Of a stretch of 64,000 nucleotides of DNA, positions 35,545-50,385 are shown in pieces. Each line of letters starts with the position of its first letter. Within the stretch, counting starts at the first letter, position 1. The stretch comes from the human T2T-CHM13v2.0 reference genome, Homo sapiens, in assembly GCF_009914755.1 (NCBI RefSeq), contig NC_060941.1; one strand, given 5' to 3'. Under the pieces are notes generated by a model that did no database searches, was not told the origin of the DNA, and worked only from the letters and a program-made list of their open reading frames with translations. A program made the translations under genes and the position numbers.

Positions 35545-36110
35545 TATTCATTCATTTATTCATTCATTCATTTAATCATCAACCTTTTGTTGGGCACTAA
35601 ATTTATGCCAGGCCCCATACTTGGACCTGAGTAGAGAGACAAATAAGTCTATTTACACAGAGACATGTAAATGATCCCAAGGAGAGTTAGATACCACATT
35701 CCTCTGTTAAATATTCCAAAGACAAGTGAGAGAAACTCTTCAGGAGGTAGAAAAGCTAAACTCAGTCTTGAAAAACTATTAAATTAAAAGTTTCTCTGAA
35801 GGAAGTATTGGGAAAGGATATTCTAAACAGAGAAGCCAGCATGAACAGGTCTGAACATGGGATGGAGCAACTGGTGGGTGTTAAAGCCCAAGGAGGGTGT
35901 GATTGAGGAAATGGGCTGTCGCAGTAGAGGTGTGAGTGCCTGTCTGATGATGGGACTTGGTGCAATTATGGCTGCAATGGGAGTCATTACTGGAGCTTTA
36001 GTAGGAGGACGGATATAATCAGATATGTATTTTAGAAAGATTTTGTAGTAATGTGGTGACTGCAGGAGGGGAGGAAATACAACAGAAAGAAAATTGCAGG
36101 CAGGAAGCAA
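35545..36110 (-). mobile_element. L2 3' fragment
   Basis: (ATTC)n tail followed by 'gggcactaaatttatgccaggcc' and a degenerate L2 body. Confidence 0.6.
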
Positions 36111-37470
36111 CAGGAAGTGAGGAAGTAAGGAAAAAGAGGGCGAGGCACAGAGGCAAGAGGGTCAAGGATTAGGACTGCGGGTTAGGATTAGTGCTAGTGC
36201 TTGGCAATAGAAACTAAACAGAGAAGAAGGTAGAAGTTCAGACTATGAGAGAGTGCATGTAGCTGAAAATAGAAACCTCATAATGTACCTGTGCAGGGTA
36301 CTTTGGAAATGCCTGTGATAGAACCAAAGTCTGTCTAACTCCAAAGCCAATACTTTCCACATTTTCACACTCCCAGGTAGCTTTATTCTTGTTCCCACCT
36401 CCTCCTGCAGTAGCCATAACAAACCTCCAAGAGCCCATAGTCCCAGACATTTTGACACCTACACCCATGTACTTGTGTGCGTGCACAACTCTACCTACCT
36501 AAACACGGTCTAATCCTACTTATTTTTCTCTAAAGCCTAACTCAACTTTCTCCTTGTCCAAGAAGACTTGTCACAGCTCCTTACCTGAAAATTACATATT
36601 TCTAAGTGCTAACCTCTATATTTACTCTCATCTCTTTTTACATTTTACCTTATATCTGAGTCGGTTCTGTACATGTCATCTTCTGGCTAGACAGTGAGCT
36701 TGCTGAGGCTGCCTATGTAAGATGCACCTCCGAGTTTTCTTTGAGGGTTCAATGATACTGAATGACATAAGCCCTTGCTGCATGTGCCACCTCACTGGGT
36801 CATCTCACCTTCCGAACCAAGCTTATCAACAGTAGATTATAACCACCTTATAGATGAAGAAACAGCCTGGAGGAACAGCCCTTGAATCCAGATTTTCTCA
36901 TTTGTTCTCTTATCTCTGGTGGTCCTCATTCCCAGGATTACCCACTGTGAACTGGATACCAGGGCTTCATGGGTAAAGCATATTATTAAAACAAATGCTT
37001 AGCTCAGACTTTCATTCCTGTAGCACTAGCTGCTCAATTCAAAGACAGGTAGCAGGCCTTGAAACGCTGTCCTTGAAACCTCCTTCTCTTCTTTCTCCTC
37101 CTAGATCAACTGACTGTATGGATCTCAGGGAAATGTATTAGCATTTCCTCCTACATATTTAGGGAACAGAAATGTGGATCCCCCTGTTTTCTTTGTGGGA
37201 ATGCAGATACTTAAGATAGGAGGGGAGGGGAGGAGAGCAGAGCTAGCTGGTCTTCCAGGGACTCCATGAGGTGACATCATGCTCACTGAGCATTTTCCAT
37301 GTGCCAAATACCGCACTAAGCATGTCATTTTGGTTCTCTTCAGATAATCTGCTAGGTAGGTATTATGACCTATATTTCATAGAAGAGGAAAGTGATGCTA
37401 AGTGATATGAAGGAACTTGTTCAAGTTCATACCACCAGCAAATGGCAGAACCAAGATTTAACAATTGTTT

Positions 37471-40400
37471 AGGGATCATGGCAGACAGGAGGCAGGACTA
37501 GATTGCAGCTCCGGACAGAGCAGCATGTGGAGGCTTGCACTGTAGATTTGAGCTCTGGATCAACTGCAAGAACAAACTAGCAATCCCAAGAGGACCCACA
37601 GACCCTCTGAAGGAAGTGGACTGCTCCTGCAGGACCTGGGAGACACCCCAAATACTGTGAGTGCTCTAACTGCGGAAATGAAAAAGGGAGACCCTTCTCT
37701 CCCAAACACACACCCCCACTGGAGAGGTTGAAGGTCTGTTTGTGGGAGAAGCTTCTGACTTTACCTGAAGCTGAGTAAAGTTAGAGAGCTGAGCAAAATA
37801 CAGGGGTAGAGGAAGCAACAGAAAGACCCTGGGTCTCTAAGCAGCCCATTCTTGCCTGGCATTACAGGGAACCATCAGGAGGGTGGCGAGAGGAGCAGAG
37901 GGTAAAACTCCACAGGGAGAAGAAATTCTCTAGCTGAGCTTTTTAACAACTTCAGTGGGGTGAGAAGCCTCCTGGCCAGAACTCAGGGCAGGGCGCAAAT
38001 TGGGCGTGCAGACTTCATAGGCAAGGAAAGAAGTAAAGCCCTTTTCTTTTGCAGCTGGGAGGCAGATAGCTTTGGGCAAGTTTTCAAGCCCATCTCACCC
38101 TCCTCCTGCAAACAGACTTGGTGCTGCTGTGGGAGGGGCACGGTGAGAATGCGACCAGCCCTTTGGTTGGCATAGGAGCTGGGTGAGGCCTGTGACTGCC
38201 GGCTTTCCCCTACTTCCCTGACAACCTGCGTGACTCAGCAGAGGCAGCCATAATCCTCCCCGGTACACAACTCCAGTGACCTGGGAATCTCACCCGCATC
38301 CCCCACAGCAGCTGCAGCAAAACCCGCCCAAGGAGAGTTTGAGATCAGACAGGCCTAGCCACGCCCCCACCTGAAGGTTGTTCCCTACCCACCCTGGTAG
38401 CAAAAGACAAAGGACATATAATCTTGGGAGTTCTAGGGCCCTGCCCACCACCAGACCCCTCTCTACACTACTACAGCTGATACTTTCTGGAAAGTGCCAC
38501 CTCCTGGCAGGGGGCCAACCAGCACAAAAATAGAGCATTAAACCACCAAAGCTAAGGAGTCTCACAGAGTCCATTGCACCATCTGCCACCTCCACCAGAA
38601 CAGGTGCTGGTATCCACAGTTGAGAGACCCATAGATGGTTCACATCACAGGACCCTGTGCAGACAACCTGCAGTACCAGCCTGGAGCCAGGTAGGCTCAC
38701 TGGGTGGCTAGACCCAGAAGAGAGACAACCATCACTTCAGTTCTGCTCAGAGGAAGCCACATCCATAGGAAAAGGGGAAGCGTACTATATCAAGGGAATA
38801 TCCTGTGAGAAAAAAGAATCTGAACAACAGCCTTCAGCCCTAGATCTTCCCCCTGACAGAGCCTATCCAAATGAGAGGGAATCAGAAAATCAACTCTGGT
38901 AATATGACAAAACAAGGCTCTTCAACACCTCCCAAAAAATCACACTAGTTCACCAGCAATGGATCCAAACCAATAAGAAATCCTTGATTTACGTGAAAAA
39001 GAATTCAGGAGGTTAGTTATTAAGCTAATCAGGAAGGGACCAGAGAAAGGTGAAGCCCAATCCAAGGAAATAAAAAAAATGATACAAGAAGTGAAGGGAG
39101 AAATATTCAAGGGAATAGATAGCATAAAGAAAAAACAAGCAAAAATTCAGGAAACTTTGGACACACTTTTAGAAATGCAAAATGCTCTGGAAAGCCTCAA
39201 CAATAGAATTTAACAAGTAGAAGAAAGAAATTCAGAGCTCAAAGACAAGGTCTTCAAATTAACCCATTTCAACAAAGACAAAGAGAAAAGAATAAGAAAA
39301 TATGAACAAAGCTTCCAAAAATTCTGGGATTATGTTAAATGACCAAACCTAAGAATAATCAGTGTTCCTGAGGAAGAAGAGAAATCTAAAAGACTGGAAA
39401 TATATTTTGGGGAATAATTGAGGACAACTTCCCTGGCCTTGCGAAAGACCTAGACACCCAAATACAAGAATAACAAAGAACACCTGGGAAATTCATCACA
39501 AAAAGATCTTCGCCTAGGCACATTGTCATTAGGTTATCCAAAGTTAAGATGAAGGAAAGAATCTTAAGAACTGTGAGACATAATCACCAGGTAATCTATG
39601 AAGGAAAACCTATCAGATTAACAGCGGATTTCTCAGCAGAAACCCAACAAACTAGAAGGGATTTGGGACCTATCTTTAGCCTCCTCAAACAAAACCATTA
39701 TCAGCCAAGAATTGTGTACCCAGTGAAACTAAGCATCATATATGAAGGAAAGATACAGTAATTTTCAGACAAAGAAATGTGGAGAGAATTTGCCATTACC
39801 AAGCCACCACTACAATAACTGCTAAAAGGAGCTCTAAATCTTGAAACAAATCCTGGAAACACATCAAAACAGAATCTCTTCAAAGCATAAATCACACAGG
39901 ACCTATAAAACAGAAATACAAGTTAAAAAGCAAAAACAAAAGACAAAATACAACCAAAGTACACAGGCAACAAAGAGCATGATGAAAGCAACGGTACCTC
40001 ACATTTCAACACTAACATTGAATGTAAATGGCCTAAATGCTCCACTTAAAAGATACAGAACCACAGAATGGATAAGAACTCACCAATCAACTATCTGCTG
40101 CCTTTAGGAGACTCACATAACACAAAAGGACTCACATAAACTTAAAGTAAAGGGGTGGAAAAAGGCATTTCATGCAAATGGATACCAAAAGTGAACACGG
40201 GTAGCTATTCTTATATCAGACAAAACAATCTTTGAAGCAACAGCAGTTGAAAGAGACAAAGAAGGACATTATATAATGGTAAAAGGCCTTGTACAACAAG
40301 AAAATATTACAATCCTAAACATACACGCATCTAACACTGAAGCTCCCAAATTTATAAAACAATTACAACTAGACCTAAGAAATGAGATAGACAGCAACAC

Positions 40401-43400
40401 AGTAATAGTGGGGAGCTTCCATCCTCCACTGATAGCACTAGACAGGTCATCAAGACAGAAAGTCAGCAAGGAAACAATGGATTTAAACTATACCTTGGAA
40501 CAAATGGACTTAGATATGTACCGAACATTTCATCCAACAACCATAGAATACACATTCTATTCGACAGTGCATGGAACTTTCTCCAAGATAGACCATATAA
40601 TAGGACATAAAACGAGCCTCAATAAATTTAAGAAAATTGAAATTATATCAAGCACTCTTTCAAACCACAGTGGAATAAAACTGGAAATCAACTCCAAAAG
40701 GAACCTTCAAAACCATGCAAATACATGGAAATTAAATAACCTTCTCCTGAATGAGCACTGGATCAAAAACAAAATCAATATGGAAATTAAAAAATTCTTC
40801 AAACTGAATGACAATAAATGACACAGCCTATCAAAACCTTTGGGATGCAGCAAAAGTGGTGTTAAGAGCAAAGTTCATAGCCCTAAATGCCTACATCAAA
40901 AATTCTGAAAGATCACAAACAATCTAAGGTCTCACGTTAAGGAACTAGAGAAAGAAGAACAAACCAAACCCAAATCCAGTAGAAGAAAGTAAATAACCAA
41001 GATCAGAGCAGAACTAAATGAAATTGAAACAAAAAAAGATTACAAAAGATAAATGAAACAAAAAGCTGGTTCTTTGAAAAGCTAAGAAAATTGATAGACC
41101 ATTAGCAAGATTAACCAAGAAAAGAAGAGAGTAAATCCAAATAATCTCACTAAGAAATGAAAAAGTATATATTACAACTGACACCACTGAAATACAAAAG
41201 ATCATCCAAGGCTACTGTGAACACCTTTACGCACATAAACTAGAAAACCTAGAAGAGACAGATAAATTCCTGGAAAAATACAACCCTCCTAGCTTAAATC
41301 AGGAAGACTTAGATACCCTGAACAGATCAAAACCAGCAGTGAGATTGAAGTGGTAATTAAAAAATTAGCAACAAAAAATAATTCAGTACCAGACGAATTC
41401 ACAACAGAATTCTACAAGACATTCAAAGAAGAATTGGTACCAATCCTTTTGACACTATTCCACCAGACAGAGAAAGAAGGAACCCTCCTTAATTCATTCT
41501 GTGAAACCAGCATCACCCTAATACCAAAACCAGGAAAGGACAAAATCAAAAAAGAAAATTACAGACCGATATCCTTGATGAACATAGATGCTGAAATCCT
41601 TAACAAAATACTAGCTAACTGAATCCAACAACATACCAAAAAGAGAATCCACCATTATCAAGTGGGTTTCATACCAGGAATGCAGGGATTTTTTAACATA
41701 CACAAGTCTATAAATGTGATACACCACATAAACAGAATTAAAAACAAAAATCACATGATCATCTCAATAGATGCAGAAAAAGCATTCAACAAAATCCAGC
41801 ATCCTTTATGATTAAAACCCTCAGCAAAATCAGCATACAAGGGACATACCTTAATATAATAAAAGCCATCTATGACAAACCCACAGTCAACATAATACTG
41901 AATGAGGAAAAGTTGAAAGCATTCCCTCTGAGAACTGGAACAAGCCAAGGATGCCCACTTTCACCACTCCTCTTCAACACAGTACTGGAAGTCCTAGCCA
42001 GAGCAATCAGACAAGAGAAAGAAATAAAGGGCATCCAAATCAGTAAAGAGGAAGTCAAACTGTCACTATTTGCTGATGATATGATCGTTTACCTTGAAAA
42101 CCCTAAGGACTCCTCCAGAAAGCTCCTAGAACTGATAAAAGAACTCAGCCAAGTTTCCAGATACAAGATTAATGTACACAAATTAGTAGCTCTTCTATAC
42201 ACCAACAGCAACCAAGCAGAGAACCAAATCAAGAACTCAACCCCTTTTAAAATAGCTGCAAAAAATAAATAAATAAAAGACTTAGGAACATACCTAACAA
42301 AGGAGTCGAAAGACCTCTAGAAGGAAAACTACAAAACACTGCTGAAATAAATCACAGACAACACAAACAAATGGAAACACATTCCATGCTCATGGATGGG
42401 TAGAATCAATATTGTGAAAATGACCATACTGCCAAAAGCAATCTAAAAATTCAGTGCAATCCCCCTCAGAATACCACCATCATTCTTCACAGAATTAGAA
42501 GAAAGTAATTCTAGAATTCATATAGAACCAAAAAAGAGCTCACCTAGCCAAAGCAAGACTAAGCAAAAAGATCAAATCTGGAAGCATCACACTACCTGAT
42601 TTCAAACTATACTATAAGGCCATAGTCACCAAAATAGCATGGTACTGGTATAAAAATAGGCACATAGACCAATGGAACAGAATAGAGAACCCAGAAATAA
42701 ACCCAAATACTTCCAGCCAACTGACCTTTAACAAAGCAAACAAAAATATAAAGTGGGGAAAGGACACCCTTTTCAACAAATGGTGCTGGGATAATTGGCT
42801 AGCCACCTGTAGGAGAATGAAACTGGATCCTCATCTCTCACCTTATACAAAAATCAACTCAAGTTGGATTAAGGACTTAAACCTAAGACCTGAAACTGTA
42901 AGAATTCTAGAAGGTAATATTGGAACAACCCTTCTAGACATTGGCTTAGTCAAGGATTTCATGACCAAAAACTCAAAAGCAAACACAATAAAAAGAGATA
43001 AATAGCTGGGACCTAATCAAACTAAAGAGCTTTTTTTTTACAGCAAAAGGAACAGTCTGGAGAGTAAACAGGCAACCCACAGAGTGGGAGAGAATCTTCA
43101 CAATCTATACATCTGACAAATAACTAATATCCAGAATCTACAACAAACTCAAACAAATCAATAAGAAAAAAACAAACAATCCCATCAAAAAGTGGGCTAA
43201 GGGCATGAATAGACAATTCTCAAAAGAAGATATACAAATGCCCAACAAACATATGAAAAAATGCTCAACATCACTAATGATCAGGGAAATGCAAATCAAA
43301 ACCACAATGTGATACCACCTTACTCCTACAAGAATGACCATAATCAAAAAATAAAAAAACAGTAGATGTTAGCGTGGATGCAGTGAACAGGGAACACTTC

Positions 43401-44026
43401 CACATGGCTAGTGGGAATGTAAACTAGTACAGCCACTATAGGAAACAATGTGGAGATTCTTTAAAGAACTAAAAGTAGAACTACCATTGGATCCAGCAAT
43501 CCCCCTACTGGGTATCTATCCAGAGAAGAAGTCATTATTTGAAGAACATACTTGCATATGCATGTTTATAGCAGCACAATTCACAACTGCAAAATCATAG
43601 AACCAACCCAAATGCCCATCAAACAAAGACTGGATAAAGAAATTGTGGCATATATATGTGATGGAATAGTACTCAGCCATGAAAAGGAATGAATTAACAG
43701 CACTTGTAGTAAGTTGGATGAGATTGGAGACTATTATTCTAGGCGAAGTAACTCAGGAATGGAAAACCACACATCGTATGTTCTCACTGATATGTAGGAG
43801 CTAAGCTATGAGGATGCAACGGATGTTGGGGACTTAGGGGGAAGAGTGGAAGGGGAGCTAGGGATAAAAGACTACAAATATGGTGCAGTGTATACTGCTC
43901 GGGTGATATGTGCACCAAAATCTCACAAATTATCACTAAAGAACTTACTCATGTAACCAAATACCACCTGTACCCCAATAACTTGTGGAAAAATTTTAAA
44001 AAAATAAAACATATTTTTTTAAAAAA
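37471..44026 (+). mobile_element. Full-length decayed LINE-1, L1PB1-like, inserted in a MIR
   Basis: L1PB-type 5' UTR ('gatcatggcagacaggaggcaggactagattgcagctcc'); ORF1 and ORF2 fragments ([11 protein letters not shown]) with many stops; L1PB1-type 3' end ('aaaagactacaaatatggtgcagtgtatactgctcgggtgat'); MIR continues across the insertion. Confidence 0.92.
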
Positions 44027-44793
44027 GCAATTTTATCTGTTTCCAAAGCCTATACACCTTTCTTTATGTGGCTTCCAAAAGTAAAAAAGACCGCTGAGGG
44101 GTTGTTATTACAGGCTGCTTTCTGCCCAGGGCAAACTTTCACAACTAGAATGCTGAAAGGAAGGAAGGTTTTGCCTACAGTCTTGATCATTGCATTCTGA
44201 GGAAGAGGGACGTAGATGAATAAGAGGAAAACAGGGGCATGCAACAAGTTAAAAAGTCAAGCTTAAGGACAAGAGAAGAGTAATCAAAAGGGAGAATTAT
44301 AAAAAGAATTGCTTGGTTTGACTCTGAAAGGCCTTTCTCCCAAGTGGTAAAAATAATGCTTACAGAGTGTTCATGATGGCCAGCCCCTCTTCTAACACCT
44401 TTGCATCCTAGAAACTTATTTAATCCACCAACACTCTCGAGATAGTATTAGAACTGTCCACAACAATAGGTGACAAAACTGAGGGCACACAGAGGTTAAG
44501 TACTATTTTTCCCATGGTCTTACAGGAACTAGATTCGAGAACAGGAATTTGAGACCAGGGGCCTGAGTCTCGGTTCACACTCTTAACTACCGGACATGGT
44601 GCCTTTAGAATAACTATGAGTGGGGAAGGCCTGACTTAAGGAGATGAAAATCTCTAATTTGAGGTCCAAGATCCCTACCCTTAAAGGACTGAAGAAGTTC
44701 ACAAACCATGGAGATAACATTGTGACCAACACAGGCAATGGTCTGGAACCACTGGTTAATTAAGTCGTTCATCTCTTTGTGATCTCTCTAAGC

Positions 44794-44974
44794 CACTGGT
44801 TCCTGGCCTTAGGTACACATTAGAACCACCTGGGGAGTTCTTACAAAATGCTGCTGCCTGGGCCTCATGCCAGACTGATTGAATTGGAACCTCTTGGGGT
44901 GGGTCCTCAGCATCTATGTTTTTTTAATGTTCTCCAGGTGATTTCTAATGTGCCACCTGGGCTGTGAACCACTG
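44794..44974. mobile_element. MER5A-like DNA transposon
   Basis: cactggttc...gaaccactg terminal inverted repeats and MER5A body. Confidence 0.75.
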
Positions 44975-45779
44975 ATGCAGGTAACTGTGGACGAGGTCAT
45001 CACTGAGTGGAGTGCCAACTCTGCCCAGCAGCTGAAAGCCTTTCACATGGCCTGCAAAGACATTCTCACAAAGCCTCTTCAGCCTGCAAACACCTCAAGG
45101 ACAGGCATTATGTCCCATACAATTATTTGGGTATTGTCCATGACATCTATCATGATGACAGCTGAGTCATGGAGTCAGAAGCTGGCTGGGACCTCTCCGC
45201 TCATTGTATCCAGTGTTTTTGAATTCCAGGAACTTACAGAAGGGCCAAAGTGGACTGCTTTGGGTGGTTGGGCATGGAGATGTGAGTCACTGGTTTGGTG
45301 AAGTTTCCAGGGAACTCGAAATCAGAGAAGGTCAGCAAGACCACCCAGGAAACAACACACAATGTCTTCAGCTCCTCGGACAGGTGGGATTCTTTATTAT
45401 CAAGCTCCAGCTCTGAGAAAAGCCCCTGTGTCTAACCTCAAATCTGAGAGAACTAAAGTGACGGCACTACCAATTTAGAACTGCAAGACGGAACACTGCC
45501 GCCCTCAGGCAGCTGCCATGTCCTCTTCTCCTGGGTTATGTGAGCACGTGTCCGTCTCTCATACTAGACTTTAGGAACCTTCAAGAATAAGCACATTGTG
45601 TCACATTTCTTTGTATTTAATGCCACACAACCACACACCTATTACACAGTGGAAAACTAATAAAGGCTTCTTTGGTAGAATAAATACTAGGGCCGACATT
45701 GCTTGCTCTCTGAAGTCCTTTGTAGTGGTAAGTGTTTACACAGAGGCCTGGGCGTGTACAAGTATGGACTTCAGATGAA

Positions 45780-46535
45780 AGAAATTGAAAAAAGAATACA
45801 AATAGCTGATAGATTTGTGAAAAGATTCACATCCTTGCTGAAATTTAAAGGAAAGCAAATTTTTTTAAAAATGGAATTTTTTTGACCTATCAAACTGACA
45901 AATGATTTGGATCAGTAATACTGATCCAGTAATACTGAAGGCTAACAGGAGTGTGGAAAAGAGACTGTTAGTGAGAACATGAATTGGAATAGCTTTTTTA
46001 AAGGGCTTACTGCATGACAATTATAAGTATGAATACTTTGGCCCAATAATTTATTTCTAAAAAAACTATCCCAAGAAGATTACTGGATACCTGTACAAAA
46101 TGCTGTTTATGATTTTTCAAATGGAAATAACTTAACTGTCTTTAAAAATAGGATTGAGTAAATAAATTGGGGTATACCCACACAATAGAATATGCTACTG
46201 TTGTGAAGGATGAGGAAATCTTTAAACGACTAACGTGGAAAGACATCCATGATATGTTTTTAAATGAAAATCCCAGATTACAAAGTAACATGATTAATAT
46301 GGTCAAATTTTTACCAGAATGGGAATCTGTAATATACAATATGGTATAGCAATATATAGATACACAGATGATAGACAGATGGATAAATGAAATTATCTTC
46401 AAGGATAAACATTATCCTGTTAGTCCAGCTGCTGGGTTTATCTGAAGACATCCATTTACTACCACACATACATCTCTATTATTTAATTTCTTTAACAATC
46501 TACATTGGTTGCTTGCTTTTACAATCCAATAAATC
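45780..46535 (+). mobile_element. Old L1ME-like 3' fragment
   Basis: Degenerate L1M ORF2 end and 3' UTR ('aataaattggggtatacccacacaatagaatatg'). Confidence 0.55.
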
Positions 46536-47498
46536 TATTTCTGTTTCAAAAGGCAGACCAAGAAGTGGAGGCATTAGTAAAAGAGGTTACAGTGTTCTGA
46601 GTGAACTCTAGCCCAAATCGGGTAGGTGTGGAGGACAGCCTCCACAATCCTCTTCTCAACATTTCTTTCTTCGACACTAAGGTCTTTATGGGCAGGCACC
46701 ATTAATGTATGATGGAAGGAAGAAAAGGACAGGGAAGGAAGGGAATGAGAGAAGGGGACCAGGAATCAGCTTTCGGGGTCTGCCTCGACTTAGGGTTTTT
46801 CTGGGTTACAGGGAAGGACTTTCAGTGCTAATAGAAAACTCATAGGAAAATGGGGATGAGTTGATCACCTTAGCAGGAGGAAGGGAGATGCCTATCTTTC
46901 CCTGGTTCGATAAGCTATTATACCTTCCAACAGCCCATTCTGCAGCAAAAGAATTGGCTTCTAGATGTCAAGAAAGATGGATTCCAATCCCACCTCTGCC
47001 ACTAAATAACTTTGTGACCTTTAGCAAGCCACTCACCCTCCCAGGGTCTTAGCTTTTTCCTGTAAAACAATGGAGTGGAACCAAATGGTTTGAAAGTCCC
47101 ATGAAGCTCTGTCACTCAGCACTGAGGCCTCTGTCTAGACTCTGGCATTCTTCCAATAGTGTTTCTTATGAGAATGTTCATTGTTTCCTGACAGCAGACC
47201 TTTAGCGTTTCAAAATTAAAGACAATGCCTTTCTGTTGATAGATGCCCCACCCCAGGCCTGGCATGGTATTGGACTTTCATGAGTTGGCTGTCCAGTGGG
47301 CCCTCAGGGGAGCAGGTGGTGGCTGTCTTCCCTAACTCACTCCTGGACAGTCCAAGTAGGGCCCAGCTTGGCAGGAAGAACTTGATTAATGTCAAAGGCT
47401 TTTAGTAAGCAAGTGAAGCATTTTAACTGGGAGGAAACAAAAGCAATGAGTGACAAACCCATTAGCCATGCCACTCAAAGCCAAATGAAAGGAAGACC

Positions 47499-47955
47499 AC
47501 GATGTGCTGAAGCTGGCTCCCACTGACACAGGAGAGTGGGCTACTCCTACCCCTCTGAACTCCACTTTCAGTGGTCACCTTGGTGGCTCGAAATCAGCCG
47601 TGATGGGAGTATTTACACTGCAGAAGCTGGCAAACGCTAAAAATTTAGGATTTATTTCTCCCCTCCCTCCCTTCCCTTCCCTCCCTCCCTCCCTCTCTTC
47701 CTTTCCCTCCTTTCTTCCCTCCTTCCCTCCCTTATTCCTTTCCTTTTCCTTTCTTCCTTTCCTTCTTCCTTTCTTTCCTTCTTCCTTCCTTTCTTCCTTT
47801 CCTCTCTTTCTTTTTCTTTCATTTTTTTCTTTCTTTTTCTTTCTTTCCTTTTTTTCTCTTTCTTTTTTTCCTTCTTTCTCTTTCTTTCTTCCTCTCTTTT
47901 CTTCATTTCTTTCTTTTTCTTTCAGAGAGAGAGAAATTACCAGGGCCTATCACTG
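47499..47955. mobile_element. MER63-like hAT-Blackjack fossil with an internal pyrimidine expansion
   Basis: 'tcgaaatcagccgtgatgggagtatttacactgcagaagctggcaaacgcta' ... 'aattaccagggcctatcactg'. Confidence 0.65.
47655..47922. repeat. Polypyrimidine low-complexity tract (CCTT/CTTT-type)
   Basis: About 270 nt, almost all C/T. Confidence 0.95.
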
Positions 47956-49579
47956 ACTGAGTTAGTTCAGGGAAAGAGGAAGCTCCTCCCGGCCTTGGGC
48001 TCCTTCTTGAAGATGCAGGAACAGCCTCAAGCTGAGCTACTGAGCTTGCCCTTTCTTGAGTGAAGACAAGGGAGTCCCTCCATCCAGGGCTAGGCAAGTG
48101 TCAGAAGTCAAGTGATAGAAGGTGAGAGGAGGAGAGGGAGGAGAAAGAGGGAAGACTAAGCACATGTTAACAGGCCTAATCAAAACATTCAAACCTCTCT
48201 TAGCCATTCATTGGTCATCTGGGGTGGTAGTGAGTTCAAGTCCAACATAGCAGGTGTTCAGGCAACCATTTTGCAGAATGATATGAAGACAGAGGGAGGC
48301 TTTGAAAGTAGAAAAAGCATGAACGTTTGAGTAAGAGTGGTTTAGGCTTGAAGCCCAACCTGACCATAAACCGTCTGCTTGACCTCAGGTAAAATTATTT
48401 AATCTCCGTGACTCAGTGCCCAAATTTATTCCATGGTGATAATCAAAATTTAATTAATAGAATTTGTACATGCTTGGCCCATAGTAGGTACACTGGCTGA
48501 GTAGAATGTAGTAACTGAACTATAAAAAAAGATATCTGATACCTGACACCTGTATACTTTAGAGACAGTTTTTCAGCCTGACTATGAAGTTCGCAAAGCA
48601 ATCTCCACTTTTGATGGGCATAAATTCCTCAGTGACTCTTCACAATCTCTAAGTTAAGCTGGTGCACGAACAAGTTTTGCCTTCAAAGTGACCATACCAA
48701 TAAAGCAGTACCCCCTGGTGATGTGATCTTACAGCCCCCAGCAGTCTTCATTCAGGCCTAATGGGTACTCAAGCAAGCAGAAGCTGGGATACTGAGTATC
48801 AGGTTTGGGGAAGATGTGAGGTTCTGCTTGAGACCTTCAAAACTTCTATCCATTTGGGTACATGATTCCCCTTCCTTCTTGAGCCACAGGTAGCTCATGG
48901 TACCTTCTAGAAACTCAGAGGAGGTTAAACCCCATGGTCTGGGAACAAAAGGTAAAGATAGAAGTCAGAGCTGGGACTTAACGTCTCTGTTGCTACATTG
49001 GGGAAAAGTTTCCAAGTCTCTACCGAAAAAAAGCAAGAGCTGGAGGAGAACTCCATAGGCTCCCTGAGTCCCATGTAGCATAGAGATACAAGATGGCCTC
49101 ATCAGGACTGGGACACCTGCTCCTACGAGGAATTGCTGACCACTCTCTCCCACCCCCACCACATGGGAGAAAAGAACAGCAAGGACACCAATAACCCTGG
49201 TCATAATGGACCCACAAACAGGCCACAAGCCAAGAGAGTCTGTGCCATGTCTCCTTGTGTGCTAACTCCCTGCATACTCCATGATACCCACCTTGTTCCA
49301 TAGGTGCTTTCTTAAGCTGGGTACTCTGACTCCAAGAGAGGTTTAGGGACAGCGCCACAGAGGCAGAGTCTGCCCTCCCACTCTTACAAAGCTGATGATG
49401 GATGAGTTGGGGATTCTTATCTCCACTGCTCGTAGTCCAAAACATGCCCCTCTAATTCCATGGCCCAGTCGTCAACAGATTCCCTGAAACTCCAAGTTCT
49501 GAAGCTGTGGGAAGATATGACGTACTTCTCAGAAGTCCAGAAGTCAGTAGGTCCCCTTTTGGCTTCTCAAGTGTGCACA

Positions 49580-49618
49580 CACCCTTGTTACATGCAGCAC
49601 CCTTGTTACATGCAGCAC
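49580..49618. repeat. Perfect 18-bp tandem duplication
   Basis: cacccttgttacatgcag x2, plus cac. Confidence 0.95.
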
Positions 49619-49916
49619 TCTGAGTGATGAATTGTGATTAGGCCAGATATCTCCATACCCCTGGACAATATGTAGAATAGAGTAGATAAGTGATATATCC
49701 AGGTATTGAGATAGTCTAGGGGCTGCAGGGATGTAGGCCTAGATTCCCTGATCTGTCCCTTGGTCAATTACATAACCTTGAGGCATGTCACTGGCTCTTG
49801 GTGGGCCTCATCCTTCCCATATGTAACTTCTGTGGATTTTATCCATTTCTAGTCCAACACATCCACTTCTCACCATCTGCACTGTTCTCTTCTGAGACCA
49901 TTTTTCCAGCCCTCTA

Positions 49917-50385
<469 letters not shown>

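Noticed and set aside
47504-47956. 150-aa Phe/Ser/Leu-rich ORF and the Lys/Glu/Arg-rich antisense ORF
   Set aside because: Translations of the pyrimidine tract
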